The notes: generated by a model not told the origin, from the letters alone. Positions 39,269-48,693 are shown, numbered from the stretch's first letter. The stretch is 64,000 nt of DNA from a virus (IMGVR_UViG_3300020036_001014:2266-66265); one strand, 5' to 3'. Numbers and translations are program-made.

Positions 39269-39894
39269 TCTCTCTCGTTTGTTTTAAGTAGCTTGTTGAT
39301 TCGTGCTTTGAAATTGCCAGACCGCTTCGCGGGGGCTCCGCCGTGTAAGTTGAACCACCGCTCATGTTCGTGGTACACCTCCATGATCTTGTCAACGCTC
39401 AGTGATTTCTGGCCTGCTATTAGCCTCTCAATCGCATCGGCTAACGTCTCGTCTGGCTGTGCGTCAACTAAGGTGCGGCAATGCTCCATGTGGCTTGCTG
39501 CTGGGTCAACACGCTCCGCCTCAATTCCATCGAAGTCCACATCCTTGGCCCGCTCTATATTGGCCTTCAGGTAGGCGTCTTGGTCGGTGATGTGGGCGTC
39601 GGGGTCAAGGGGCTGGGCAGGGGTGGTGGAAAGGGCGGCATCCCATTCAGGCGTGGCGGTGATCCCGAATGTGTAGAGCAAGTCCACCATCGCATCCCCC
39701 GCCTTTTGCATGGCATCTACCCGTGCCCTGAGATCAGCGATGGTCTGCTCCTGCTCCGCTAGGTGGGCTTCGTACTTGTCGCGGACATCTACCGTGGACA
39801 TTCTGTGTTGAGAATACAGGGTCACGCCATTTGTTGTGATGTAACCTATCAGATCCTCATCACTCAGGTAGGGCTTCCGTGTTGGTGTGCTCAT
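39265..39894 (-). CDS. hypothetical protein, possible helicase loader/partner (209 aa)
   Basis: ATGA-coupled immediately upstream of the helicase gene; no motif recognised. Confidence 0.35.
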   Translation of the reverse strand: MSTPTRKPYLSDEDLIGYITTNGVTLYSQHRMSTVDVRDKYEAHLAEQEQTIADLRARVDAMQKAGDAMVDLLYTFGITATPEWDAALSTTPAQPLDPDAHITDQDAYLKANIERAKDVDFDGIEAERVDPAASHMEHCRTLVDAQPDETLADAIERLIAGQKSLSVDKIMEVYHEHERWFNLHGGAPAKRSGNFKARINKLLKTNERE

Positions 39895-39943
39895 GGCTGT
39901 GTGAGGGGTTGGTTCTTGTTCTTAGAGTTGGATCAGCGGTGGG

Positions 39944-40609
39944 TTAGGGGCAACTGCTACCATCTGCGGTTGAGAACAAGGACGGTGCGTGAAGAGCCTC
40001 TGACCACTGGCCTGCCATGGCCTTGGCGATGCCGGGGAACGTCTTGTTCCGAATGCGCCTCATGGCCTCTGAACCGTAGGCCAACTTCTTACCATCAGGC
40101 CCAACAGCATCGCCATACCACGCCGGAAGCCTTTTACCTGACGGTGACACGTAGAACTCGCCCTTGCCTACCACCTTGGTGGGCACCAGCAGGGGCAGGC
40201 CCTTCAGCCAGAGGCAGGTGCTCTTGCTGAATGGGTCGCCGAACTGCCAAGGGTGGATGATCTGGTCGGGCTTGCGGTACACGCTGGACATGATGCCGAT
40301 GGGGTTCTCGATTGCCACCCGTGGGCATTGCAGCCGCGTGAACAGTATGAAGAAGTCGATGCCTTCCTGTTGCCGTCCGTCTGCCCGCTTTTGCGCGAAG
40401 TGTTTGGCACCGCTGACCGCAAGGTGCGTGCAGGGAGGGAAGGCGATCACCATATCCCACGTCTGGCCCAGGATGTCGCGCACATCACCCTGGTAATGTG
40501 GTCCCGGCGTATCGGTCGGCAGGATGTCGCAAGAAGTGGCATCATGGCCCAAGGCCAGTAGCTCATCACGCACCGTCCCAGAATGTTCGCAAGCAACGAG
40601 TATTTTCAT
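39944..40609 (-). CDS. compact C5-cytosine DNA methyltransferase-like protein (221 aa)
   Basis: Motif I-like ILVACEHSGTVRDEL; motif IV-like AFPPCTHLAVSGA (PC-dipeptide); motif VI-like VAIENPIG (ENV-like); motif VIII-like GDPFSKS; very short or absent target-recognition domain. Confidence 0.4.
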   Translation of the reverse strand: MKILVACEHSGTVRDELLALGHDATSCDILPTDTPGPHYQGDVRDILGQTWDMVIAFPPCTHLAVSGAKHFAQKRADGRQQEGIDFFILFTRLQCPRVAIENPIGIMSSVYRKPDQIIHPWQFGDPFSKSTCLWLKGLPLLVPTKVVGKGEFYVSPSGKRLPAWYGDAVGPDGKKLAYGSEAMRRIRNKTFPGIAKAMAGQWSEALHAPSLFSTADGSSCP

Positions 40610-40642
40610 GTCATCTGTTTTTAACCGCAGCAGCCCCTAACA

Positions 40643-40699
40643 GGCGGTTGGCGTAATTCTCCCAACACACAAGGCCGACGCGCAACTACGCCAACCGCC
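40643..40699. promoter_or_regulatory. 13-bp perfect inverted repeat (GGCGGTTGGCGTA / TACGCCAACCGCC), 31-nt loop
   Basis: Straddles the stop codon of gene 40686..41057 and sits upstream of gene 39944..40609; candidate terminator or operator. Confidence 0.35.
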
Positions 40700-41057
40700 G
40701 AACCGTCAGTTCACTTTCAATCAGAGCACTCCCGTAATCGATGGATTCTAGTATGTCGCGGGCCTTTTCAAAGGCTGCACGCCATTCTTCAGCAGATGGG
40801 GCACCCGACGAAAGTCCTTCGCTGTTAGCGTCTTCATAGGCCACTAGCGTCGAAAGGACTTCGCGCATGTCATGGGACGCAGCAATGGTCTTTGCTTTCA
40901 TCAGTGCTTCGCTGAAGTTGCACCCCTTTTCGTAGGGAATCACGCACACCACACGATCATCGCCTTCTTTGCTAGGGTCGATCACCTTTACTGAACTGGT
41001 GGCTTCTGATCGCCAGAAGTCTGCAATCCACGTTGTCTTGTGCTTTCTTACGTCCAT
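40686..41057 (-). CDS. hypothetical protein (123 aa)
   Basis: ATG ORF. Confidence 0.4.
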   Translation of the reverse strand: MDVRKHKTTWIADFWRSEATSSVKVIDPSKEGDDRVVCVIPYEKGCNFSEALMKAKTIAASHDMREVLSTLVAYEDANSEGLSSGAPSAEEWRAAFEKARDILESIDYGSALIESELTVRRLA

Positions 41058-41088
41058 GGTTCTTACTTGTTAATCAGCATGTGGTGGT

Positions 41089-41829
41089 TCAGTAATCCAT
41101 GCTTGAGCCCTTGCGAATAAGAGTCTTCCTACAATCTGGCCTAGCATACCCGATGGGCTCGTCCTTGGCGTACCTGACAACGGGCAATGCTATCCCGTCT
41201 CCAATGTACTTGTTCGTACAGTAGAAACAAAGCGGCATTGATCCTTCGATGTATGCTTCCTCGAAAGCCTCGCGGCTTACCACCCGATAGGCCAGACCTT
41301 GGGTGATCACTCGACACCCGCAGTCAGCCATGTGGATCTTACCGCTGTGCATGGCGTACACCCTGCGGCGGTAGATCCCTATCTGCCTCTTGGTGGCCCC
41401 AGTAAGCACAGCTTTCTCCGATGTAGCGTCCCGGATGTCGGACAACTCCTTGGCTATTGTGCTCAGGAACACCGGCTCAGTGGCCGTGTCAGGTGGAGCC
41501 ATCCCAAGTTCCTCATACACCATCCTCACCATTGTAGCAATGTCCTTGTCGATAGGAATAAGCTCAGTGATCTTGTCGAATGAATGAAGGACAGTGGCGT
41601 GGTGTCTGTTGAATGCCTTGCCTACTTGTTCTATTGTAAGACCACAGCTCCTTCGGCAGAAGTAGATGGCGATCTGCCTTGGGATGCCAACGATAACCTG
41701 TCTGTCCTTGGACCTGATCCATTCGGGTGTCATTCGGATACCCCGCCTCTCGCACATAGCGCAGACAGCAGAGACGACTTCGTCCACTGTCATCACTCCC
41801 GTGATCACAGCACTGTCAGTTGGTTCCAT
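41089..41829 (-). CDS. replication initiator-like protein with DnaA domain IV-type HTH
   Basis: IPRQIAIYFCRRSCGLTIEQVGKAFNRHHATVLHS matches the DnaA C-terminal DNA-binding helix pattern (R.IA.YL...T..S...IG..F.RDHTTV.H); Cys-rich C-terminal zinc finger. Confidence 0.5.
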   Translation of the reverse strand: MEPTDSAVITGVMTVDEVVSAVCAMCERRGIRMTPEWIRSKDRQVIVGIPRQIAIYFCRRSCGLTIEQVGKAFNRHHATVLHSFDKITELIPIDKDIATMVRMVYEELGMAPPDTATEPVFLSTIAKELSDIRDATSEKAVLTGATKRQIGIYRRRVYAMHSGKIHMADCGCRVITQGLAYRVVSREAFEEAYIEGSMPLCFYCTNKYIGDGIALPVVRYAKDEPIGYARPDCRKTLIRKGSSMDY

Positions 41830-41830
41830 G

Positions 41831-42229
41831 TTACTGTTCTATTAGTTTCGGATCCTCGTAGATGTTGCCGATGATCTCGTACTCACTGATACCCATATCC
41901 CACGCAAGCTCAGTGTCCCCGGTGTCGAGTGGGCCATAGTGTATACACCACGCGGCCCTTGCTTCGTCGAAGATCACAGTACCCATGATAACCGGGTCGT
42001 TGGGATTCATGTCGTAGTCGAAGGCCCTTACCACGTCCCCCTCGTAGATCTCTTTGCCGTTCTTGTCTTTGAGTCCAGTGAACTGCATCAATGAAAAGTC
42101 GCCAGTGACCCATGATCTTTCCAGCGCCAAGCATCCATTGAGATACAGGACCGGACCGGGCTGAGTGTCTGGATAGTACATGTTCTTGCACACGGTATCC
42201 CATGCTCGGAACTTGATCCATCTAGCCAT
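41831..42229 (-). CDS. YopX-family protein
   Basis: MARWIKFRAWD ... FTGLKDKNGKEIYEGDVV ... IIGNIYEDPKLIEQ matches the YopX hallmark pattern. Confidence 0.75.
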   Translation of the reverse strand: MARWIKFRAWDTVCKNMYYPDTQPGPVLYLNGCLALERSWVTGDFSLMQFTGLKDKNGKEIYEGDVVRAFDYDMNPNDPVIMGTVIFDEARAAWCIHYGPLDTGDTELAWDMGISEYEIIGNIYEDPKLIEQ

Positions 42230-42653
42230 TGTTGTACTCCTTATGTAAGTTGATCATCTCCTGCTTGGCGATACCCAGTCGGATGGAGATGGAGATCAGA
42301 ACATCATTACTGGTAGCAAGCCGTTGCTTCATGCGCTTGTACTTAGCCTCCGCCTCAATGATCTCCAGTCGCATCAACTCAGTACTCACCTCCCCCTCGA
42401 TCCGATCCGTGGCCTTGGCTGTTGACAGCTTGTTGTCCTGCAACTGCATCAGCAGTCTGGACTTGATGCAGTGGGTCATGTACGCCTCCTTCTTCTTGGC
42501 ATGATCCTCTTCGGCATCCACCATGTACGTACCCATCGTGTGCCTGTACCCAGCTAGGTAGGTATGGATCTCGGTCAGCTCATGTGGGCTAAGGTTCGTG
42601 TCCATGCTGCGCTGGCACAGCTTGTCCACCTCGGTTATCACAGTCGCTTCCAT
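42222..42653 (-). CDS. hypothetical protein (143 aa)
   Basis: ATG ORF; helical/charged. Confidence 0.35.
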   Translation of the reverse strand: MEATVITEVDKLCQRSMDTNLSPHELTEIHTYLAGYRHTMGTYMVDAEEDHAKKKEAYMTHCIKSRLLMQLQDNKLSTAKATDRIEGEVSTELMRLEIIEAEAKYKRMKQRLATSNDVLISISIRLGIAKQEMINLHKEYNNG

Positions 42654-42892
42654 ACCCGAAGGAGTGTTGGATCGTTCTCATCAACAGCCATCCGCAGCTT
42701 CATGCCGGGGGTGTACTTGGTCCGAGCGATACACACAGTGCTCTTGGCCACCTCTACTGATGACTTGATATTGTGGGTAAAGCTACCATTCGGATCCTCG
42801 TGGGACAGGAGCTCTGTCAGCTTGGTCCTAAGAGTGCTGTTAACTCCCTTAGTTAGCCCCGGATTCGGGGTGTCGTTACTTATGTCAGACAT
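42638..42892 (-). CDS. hypothetical protein (84 aa)
   Basis: ATG ORF. Confidence 0.3.
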   Translation of the reverse strand: MSDISNDTPNPGLTKGVNSTLRTKLTELLSHEDPNGSFTHNIKSSVEVAKSTVCIARTKYTPGMKLRMAVDENDPTLLRVWKRL

Positions 42893-43286
42893 CTTTGGTT
42901 CCTTTGATTGTTTCAGAGCCTGCGATATAGACCGCTGGCTCGATCAACTCACCCTCTTCCTGATCGAAGATGGCAGCACCTGTCTTGGACGCAACCTGCG
43001 CCAAGGATTGCACCTTCTTGATCCGTTCGGATAGCTTGGTCAGCACCTGTACGTTGTCGTACTTCCACTTACCCGCTCCGTTCATTGGAGTGAAGTTGTA
43101 CCCTTGGTCAGTAAACCCTTCCTTGCCGTACTGCTTGATGGCAGTAACGGCATTGTCCTTGACCGAGAGGATAGCCTCCTCTGCTGTCTTGATGATGGAG
43201 TACAGTTCAGCGTATGCCTTGGCTGGATCAAGTTCACCATTGAACTCAGCGACAGCGATGTTGCGTATGTATTCGTGTACATTCAT
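42885..43286 (-). CDS. hypothetical protein (133 aa)
   Basis: ATG ORF. Confidence 0.35.
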   Translation of the reverse strand: MNVHEYIRNIAVAEFNGELDPAKAYAELYSIIKTAEEAILSVKDNAVTAIKQYGKEGFTDQGYNFTPMNGAGKWKYDNVQVLTKLSERIKKVQSLAQVASKTGAAIFDQEEGELIEPAVYIAGSETIKGTKDV

Positions 43287-43543
43287 TGTTCTCTTTCTTT
43301 AAGCATATCATCCGCAATGAGGTAGGCTCTGGCACACAGAACCTTGTCGTCAGGCAGAAGGCCATGTCCGCTGACCGACATCATAACCATTCCCTGCATC
43401 GCCTTGGCTGCGAAGTAGTCGCGCAGTTCCATACCGTTGACGTAATCCGTAGTGAATCCACCAGCCCCGTCAAAGGATTTGTATGCCGTTGGAAAGGCCG
43501 GGCCTCCTGTGTTCTTCTGTTCCATGTCAGTATCTATCTCCAT
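43283..43543 (-). CDS. hypothetical protein (86 aa)
   Basis: ATG ORF with ATGA overlap. Confidence 0.35.
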   Translation of the reverse strand: MEIDTDMEQKNTGGPAFPTAYKSFDGAGGFTTDYVNGMELRDYFAAKAMQGMVMMSVSGHGLLPDDKVLCARAYLIADDMLKEREQ

Positions 43544-43835
43544 TGTCGAAGATGGGATTAGGGTGTGTTACTCGTCTTGCTCTGATGCCCAGCTGATCTA
43601 GTCCGATGCGAGGCTGCTTGGCCCTCTTCATCTTCTCCATCCACACTTCATCCTCTATCTTCTGCTTGGACTTCAAGTACTTGTCGACCTCCTCGAAGAT
43701 GCAGTACCCGTGGCCAGTGTTGGAGATGATGCCAGCGTTCTTAAGCCTTGATATGGTAGCGCAGCTTATGCCAAGCATTCTCGCTGCGGTAGTGCATCGT
43801 ACCCTACCAGTCACTAGGGGGTTCACCGGGTCCAT
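43527..43835 (-). CDS. HTH DNA-binding protein (102 aa)
   Basis: VRCTTAARMLGISCATISRLKNAGII is a classical helix-turn-helix (excisionase/MerR-like). Confidence 0.45.
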   Translation of the reverse strand: MDPVNPLVTGRVRCTTAARMLGISCATISRLKNAGIISNTGHGYCIFEEVDKYLKSKQKIEDEVWMEKMKRAKQPRIGLDQLGIRARRVTHPNPIFDNGDRY

Positions 43836-44007
43836 GTGGTTGGATGTATTTCAAGTTAGGCGTTGACATTCCGTTGTCTCCTAGCACTGGTGCATCTTCC
43901 AGTGTTTTGATGATGCGTTCAGCCACCCCTCGTGAGACGTACACCGTATCCAGTAAGCGGAAGATGTAGGCTATCTGACGAGAGGTGGCTTCTGCATCTT
44001 GACCCAT
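43804..44007 (-). CDS. hypothetical protein (67 aa)
   Basis: ATG ORF. Confidence 0.3.
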   Translation of the reverse strand: MGQDAEATSRQIAYIFRLLDTVYVSRGVAERIIKTLEDAPVLGDNGMSTPNLKYIQPHGPGEPPSDW

Positions 44008-44816
44008 TAGGCCACAGCTACTTCACGGGACACTTCAGGGAACTCTTCCACAGCAGGGTTCCACCTGAGCTGACGCATCTCATCTCCACGGAGGCGAGCG
44101 TTCCATGCCTTGGTGAACAGGGCCATGACAACGGTACGCTCCAACTTGCTACGGCTGGCGCTGTTGTCGATCAACCGCTGACGCAGCAGGTAAGCTGGGT
44201 CCCGTGGCGACAGGTTCAGCCCATCATTCAGGTCGTTGAAGAACTTCTGCGCCTCCTTCTTGGCTACACTGGAGAACATGTGGTACAGGCCAGCGGGTAC
44301 AGTGGGACCAGCTAGCTTCTTCAGGCTGTGAAGGTTCTGTGCAAAGCGGACAGAGTCACGAACGCTTGGCTCACTGTCAAGGAAGTCGAAGAACGTACGC
44401 TTGGCCATAAGACGACTAGAGCGTTTCCACTTGGTGTCCTCACGCATATCCAGTACCACACGGATAGCACCGGACAGCACATTGGTATCCACCTCACCAG
44501 CAAGTTGCAACACAGCACCTGTACTACGGGGACGACGGTCCGTGTCAATGGTGCGCATGGAGTCCGTCTCCAGTCCTGTTACCACGAACGTATCAACAGG
44601 CTTGCCAGCCTTGATGATAGCGTGCAGTCGGTGCTGCCCGTCCAGCAACCCCTTGTCATCAAAGCGGATGGTGTCTCCGTTCTGCTGCCAGTTACCGTTC
44701 TTGATCTCAGTGGACAAAAGATCAACCAGCGCAAGACTCAGCTTGCGGTTGCGGTTGTTCTTCTTAAGCCACTCTGCCGCCATCTCAGGCGTTACCGTCT
44801 TCAGTTCTGCTTTCAT
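44007..44816 (-). CDS. ParB-like nuclease domain protein (269 aa)
   Basis: DGQHRLHAI matches the ParB/Srx GxxR box; preceded by a GTTAAC-type motif. Confidence 0.5.
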   Translation of the reverse strand: MKAELKTVTPEMAAEWLKKNNRNRKLSLALVDLLSTEIKNGNWQQNGDTIRFDDKGLLDGQHRLHAIIKAGKPVDTFVVTGLETDSMRTIDTDRRPRSTGAVLQLAGEVDTNVLSGAIRVVLDMREDTKWKRSSRLMAKRTFFDFLDSEPSVRDSVRFAQNLHSLKKLAGPTVPAGLYHMFSSVAKKEAQKFFNDLNDGLNLSPRDPAYLLRQRLIDNSASRSKLERTVVMALFTKAWNARLRGDEMRQLRWNPAVEEFPEVSREVAVA

Positions 44817-44830
44817 TGTTATTGGTTGTT

Positions 44831-44849
44831 GTTAACTATTGATGGTTAG
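44831..44849 (-). promoter_or_regulatory. GTTAAC-type palindromic motif (GTTAACTATTGATGGTTAG)
   Basis: 14 nt upstream of the ATG of 44007..44816 in mRNA sense. Confidence 0.4.
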
Positions 44850-44855
44850 TGTTGA

Positions 44856-45380
44856 TCAGAAGGGAGGCATGGAATCGTCACTGTCATCAGGGAACGCACC
44901 CTGTCCCGCTGGTCCCTGTGGTGCAGCATACGCAGCTGCTGTCACCGTACGCTTGGCTACCGCCGAGTCATGTAGTGCAAGCGCAGCCAGAAGCTTAGGC
45001 TCCCACTCTGCTTGAGGTGTGTTGCTTTCGATGATGCTCTTGAGCAAGCCTTGGATCATGACGCTGTTCTCTTTCTCCGGGGTCCAGCCAGTGGACTTGC
45101 TTTGACCACCAGATGATGCAGCAGGGCGGCTGTAATCAGGCTTGGGCACGATCTTCTTAGCCGTGTGCCATGGACCATTGCGACCTTGATGTGTCTTGGT
45201 GATCTCATAGGTGGCCTGTTGTCCGATCTCCCACGGCGCCTTGTCGGGGGACTGGGTATTGACCGAAAGGTTATCGCCGTTCTCCATCGTACACCACCAC
45301 CCATACAGGGTACCGTGCTGCCCCTCGTAGGGGTTGCCCTGTTTCACTGACTTCAGTGCGCTTGTCTTTGCTTCTGCCAT
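44856..45380 (-). CDS. single-stranded DNA-binding protein (acidic C-terminal tail)
   Basis: C-terminus ...FPDDSDDSMPPF resembles the SSB partner-binding tip (D-D-D-I-P-F type). Start taken at internal ATG 45380 (MAEAKTS...); the track ORF extends to 45497. Confidence 0.5.
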   Translation of the reverse strand: MAEAKTSALKSVKQGNPYEGQHGTLYGWWCTMENGDNLSVNTQSPDKAPWEIGQQATYEITKTHQGRNGPWHTAKKIVPKPDYSRPAASSGGQSKSTGWTPEKENSVMIQGLLKSIIESNTPQAEWEPKLLAALALHDSAVAKRTVTAAAYAAPQGPAGQGAFPDDSDDSMPPF

Positions 45381-45384
45381 TGTC

Positions 45385-45549
45385 TTATTGGTTTTCTCGT
45401 TGAAAGTAATGCTCAAACTTTGGGTACAGCTGGTCGTGGATAGAGCAGATCCGATGGGCTGTGTCCTCCTTGCCAACGGGGTTGGCTTCTCCTGCATTGT
45501 CTGGGTTTCCCCGTTCTTTCCAGTACATTCTGTACACCTCTTTACTCAT
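45385..45549 (-). CDS. hypothetical small protein (~54 aa)
   Basis: Track ORF 45385..45624 starts with TTG; an internal ATG at 45549 has a degenerate GTTAAC-type motif just upstream. Confidence 0.25.
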   Translation of the reverse strand: MSKEVYRMYWKERGNPDNAGEANPVGKEDTAHRICSIHDQLYPKFEHYFQRENQ

Positions 45550-45712
45550 TTCTCTCTGTTGTCGTAGTTGAATTGTTCCCGACACTCCCTGTGTACCCTT
45601 CGGTACTCGATCGGATCCATGCAATAGGGGCAGAGATCCTCCTCCGGTGGCGACACCGGCTGTTCAGCGTTCATTTTAGTTGTTGGTGTTAGTTAACCGA
45701 ACTCTATGTCAC

Positions 45713-45931
45713 TCATGATCTAGCTTTTAGCAGTCGTTCTTTGGCGACTTCCATATCATAGATCAGAACAGCGTCTCCGGGATAGACCTTTCGCGTCAAA
45801 ATCCTGCGGCACCTGCTCGCCTTGAGCTTAAGCTCTGGAGCGATTGCCATCAATTTTGCCAAGACTTGTGGCTCAAGCCCTTCTCGGAGTTTCGTTACCC
45901 TTACCATCAGGGCTGGATCATACATCTTCAT
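45713..45931 (-). CDS. hypothetical protein (72 aa)
   Basis: ATG ORF. Confidence 0.3.
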   Translation of the reverse strand: MKMYDPALMVRVTKLREGLEPQVLAKLMAIAPELKLKASRCRRILTRKVYPGDAVLIYDMEVAKERLLKARS

Positions 45932-45970
45932 GACCCCAAAGGTAAGAACTTATTCTGACCCGTGCAAGTG

Positions 45971-46180
45971 TTAGCCTACCTTCTCTTGTTGCTTGAGGTA
46001 TGCACTGATCTTGTCTATCTCCATCCCGACCAACTCCTTGGCCTTCTTGATAGCGTATGGCTGGCACATCATTACCTGATGCCCGTTCTCTGCCATGGAC
46101 TCTTTCATGATGTCGCCGATCAGATCAAGGTCGTTCATGATCCTGTTCTTGGTGGCTTGGATCGCGTCTTGTTCGTTCAT
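45971..46180 (-). CDS. hypothetical protein (69 aa)
   Basis: ATG ORF. Confidence 0.3.
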   Translation of the reverse strand: MNEQDAIQATKNRIMNDLDLIGDIMKESMAENGHQVMMCQPYAIKKAKELVGMEIDKISAYLKQQEKVG

Positions 46181-47064
46181 CAGTTCATGATGTATGTACG
46201 TGTTCCGTGTTCGTTCATCCAGTCAACGATGATGTCGTAGCTGGCGTCATTGGCTTTAGCTCCAGCGCCTACCATTACGTACTCCTTGGCACGTCCGGCA
46301 CGAGGGGCCACATGATTAGTATAACGAGTGACCCCGTTGAACAGAGCCCACATCGTTGGTCCTTCGATCTCTGTCTCTACCAGCATGGAATTACCCAGCT
46401 TCTCAAGCTTGTTCTGCTTGGCTGTGCCGATGTCATCCAGTGGAGAGATCCCGAAGCATCGCTTGATGATGGTCTCGAACACACCCTGCGCCGTCTTTTC
46501 ATCCAGCTTGGTATCAGCCATGCGTTCGTAGTTCTTCACGAGCTGGTACTCCTGATCAATGGCGAGCTTCATATCGTCCACCATTGCCTGAAGTTTCTCG
46601 TGAGCAGTAGCAGTGTGTCGCACCTTGTTCATACTGGCTGCACGCAGTGCTCGGTAGTAGGTGTTGGCGCACTTGATCACCGTGGTAGTGGACCCGAATC
46701 CAACAGCAGAAGAGCCATCGTGTGAGTTCATCGCCGTCAGGTATCGTGTCACCCCGCCTACCCCTACGTTAACCTCTGGCAAAGCAACTTGAAGGTACAC
46801 CCGCTGGCCTCCGCTCAACAGCCCACCAGTGGCAGCGTCAAGGCCAATGGTATTGCTGGCCTCAACCACCAGTTCAGCAAGCTCACTGTTCTGTACGGGC
46901 AGGTAGTTCTTACCCACCACACCAAGGCACTTGTCGTTGTCGGACCGGATGACACCATAGCCCTCGGTCATGATGCCGGACTCAGTGACAAGGCGTTCTT
47001 TAACTACTCCCCAGTTAAGACCAGTCGCCTCAAGCAACTCGAATGTCTTCATGTATTTTTCCAT
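46180..47064 (-). CDS. DUF932-like phage protein (294 aa)
   Basis: GVVGKNYLPVQNSELAELVVEASNTIGLDAATGGLLSGGQRVYLQVALPE resembles the conserved DUF932 N-terminal block as recalled. Confidence 0.4.
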   Translation of the reverse strand: MEKYMKTFELLEATGLNWGVVKERLVTESGIMTEGYGVIRSDNDKCLGVVGKNYLPVQNSELAELVVEASNTIGLDAATGGLLSGGQRVYLQVALPEVNVGVGGVTRYLTAMNSHDGSSAVGFGSTTTVIKCANTYYRALRAASMNKVRHTATAHEKLQAMVDDMKLAIDQEYQLVKNYERMADTKLDEKTAQGVFETIIKRCFGISPLDDIGTAKQNKLEKLGNSMLVETEIEGPTMWALFNGVTRYTNHVAPRAGRAKEYVMVGAGAKANDASYDIIVDWMNEHGTRTYIMN

Positions 47065-47066
47065 GC

Positions 47067-47948
47067 TTATTTTGCTTTGAATGGATCAGATGGACCCCCC
47101 CAGAGACGAAGGCCGAACCCCTCGCCGTCTCTCTTTGTTACCGAGTCATCGCCTTCTGGGATCTTAAACCCGGTAACCTCCTCGATGCTGGTACCGTATA
47201 CCTCAACGTCGATAACTGCGTTCTTTACTTGGTCGATGACCATGCCCTGCTCGCTGCACATATAGGCCAGCTTTGACACCTTGTCTCCGCTCCAGTCCGG
47301 GACCTTGGCAGAGATGAACGACCTGTACATTTCCATCGGCATCTTGTCAACTGGCACCACGTACCGGATACGGGAGGGTCTGGCCTTGATCCTATCAGGG
47401 ATGCGGTCCAAGTGGTTGGTGCAGCCAATGAACACAGTCCCCTGAACGCTGTTGCACCCGTCGAGGTACGTCAGAAGATCGTGGTCCTCGGACACAGCAT
47501 CGAACTCATCGTAGAACATCACGATCAGGTTGTCCTGCGATCCACGGATATGCTTGGACATCTTAGCTATTGCCCCTGCACTGTATCCTGTTGCGTCGAT
47601 GCAAATAGCGCCGAACTCAGTTGATAGATCCTGCATCAGCAGTCGTGCAGCGGAGGTCTTGCCAGTACCAGCTGGCCCATGCCACAGCAACCCGAGCTTG
47701 TGACAAATGTCCATGGACTTGAACTTGTCCTTAGCCGCAACGAACTCCTTCACCCTGCCGATGGTGAAGTTGATGCCCTCGTGGTCGAATCGGACAAGCT
47801 GCTCGACTCCTGAGTACTTGGTTACCCCAAGTACCAGCCTGTCGTCAGGTGTCTTCATGCTGACCATCGTATAGATACCTTCTTCTAGTTTCTCGACACG
47901 CAGAAGGTCATCGTCCAGTATGGTGGTGTTACCCAGCTTCTTGTACAT
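47067..47948 (-). CDS. AAA-family ATPase (293 aa)
   Basis: Walker A GPAGTGKTS, Walker B VMFYDEFD, sensor-like TNH. Confidence 0.7.
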   Translation of the reverse strand: MYKKLGNTTILDDDLLRVEKLEEGIYTMVSMKTPDDRLVLGVTKYSGVEQLVRFDHEGINFTIGRVKEFVAAKDKFKSMDICHKLGLLWHGPAGTGKTSAARLLMQDLSTEFGAICIDATGYSAGAIAKMSKHIRGSQDNLIVMFYDEFDAVSEDHDLLTYLDGCNSVQGTVFIGCTNHLDRIPDRIKARPSRIRYVVPVDKMPMEMYRSFISAKVPDWSGDKVSKLAYMCSEQGMVIDQVKNAVIDVEVYGTSIEEVTGFKIPEGDDSVTKRDGEGFGLRLWGGPSDPFKAK

Positions 47949-47951
47949 GTG

Positions 47952-48311
47952 CTACTTGTTGAAGAGTTTCTTGTACACCTTCTCGACCACGTCCTTGGGT
48001 ACGAACGTGCATCCGAACTGGACACCATCGTTCTTGAACTCAGCCTTGTATTCACCAGCCATTATCAGTTCTTCAACAACGATTAGCTTGGCCAGCTCGG
48101 ACATGAACTCTGGCATGTCGATGGTTTTGAATCCTCCGGGTCCAGCAGTTCCTAGTTTATATTCATACAGGACGGCGTAGCCCCTGAATCCGGACGTCCT
48201 CGAATCGGGCCACAGCTTGACACCAACCCCATCTGCGTATGTCAGTAGCTTATTGTACCGGTCTTCACTCATTGGCGTAACGCACCCGCCTTGGTATTTC
48301 AACTTGCTCAT
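47952..48311 (-). CDS. hypothetical protein (119 aa)
   Basis: ATG ORF. Confidence 0.35.
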   Translation of the reverse strand: MSKLKYQGGCVTPMSEDRYNKLLTYADGVGVKLWPDSRTSGFRGYAVLYEYKLGTAGPGGFKTIDMPEFMSELAKLIVVEELIMAGEYKAEFKNDGVQFGCTFVPKDVVEKVYKKLFNK

Positions 48312-48312
48312 C

Positions 48313-48693
48313 TTAATTGTAGTGTTGTTCGTGAATGTCCTTGACCTTTTCCTTCAGTGTTGGTACCTTGAACTGGACGTAGATGTTATCCGGTGACGCA
48401 TCGAAGTAGTGTCGAAGCGCAGGACACAACCACAGATCCATTCCAAGTTGTGGGCAGTGGTAGTACGTGCCCGTGGTTACTTCGCCGCCAGTCCTGCTGA
48501 TGTGCAGGGTGTGCGACGGGAAATCAACAGCAGAGAACGTCAGGTACACCTCGTCGCTGCCTTCGGACAGCAGTTCGATAAGTGTATCCGCCCCTGCCAC
48601 AAAGGGTTCATCAACCAACCCCACGTTGGGATCGGTGAATACCCACATCGGACCCTTGCGTTCCGCCTTGATGGTGAAGATTGAATTGCTCAT
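48313..48693 (-). CDS. hypothetical protein (~126 aa)
   Basis: Track ORF extends to 48759, overlapping the upstream gene; internal ATG (MSNSIF...) gives an ATGA overlap at 48690-48693. Confidence 0.35.
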   Translation of the reverse strand: MSNSIFTIKAERKGPMWVFTDPNVGLVDEPFVAGADTLIELLSEGSDEVYLTFSAVDFPSHTLHISRTGGEVTTGTYYHCPQLGMDLWLCPALRHYFDASPDNIYVQFKVPTLKEKVKDIHEQHYN

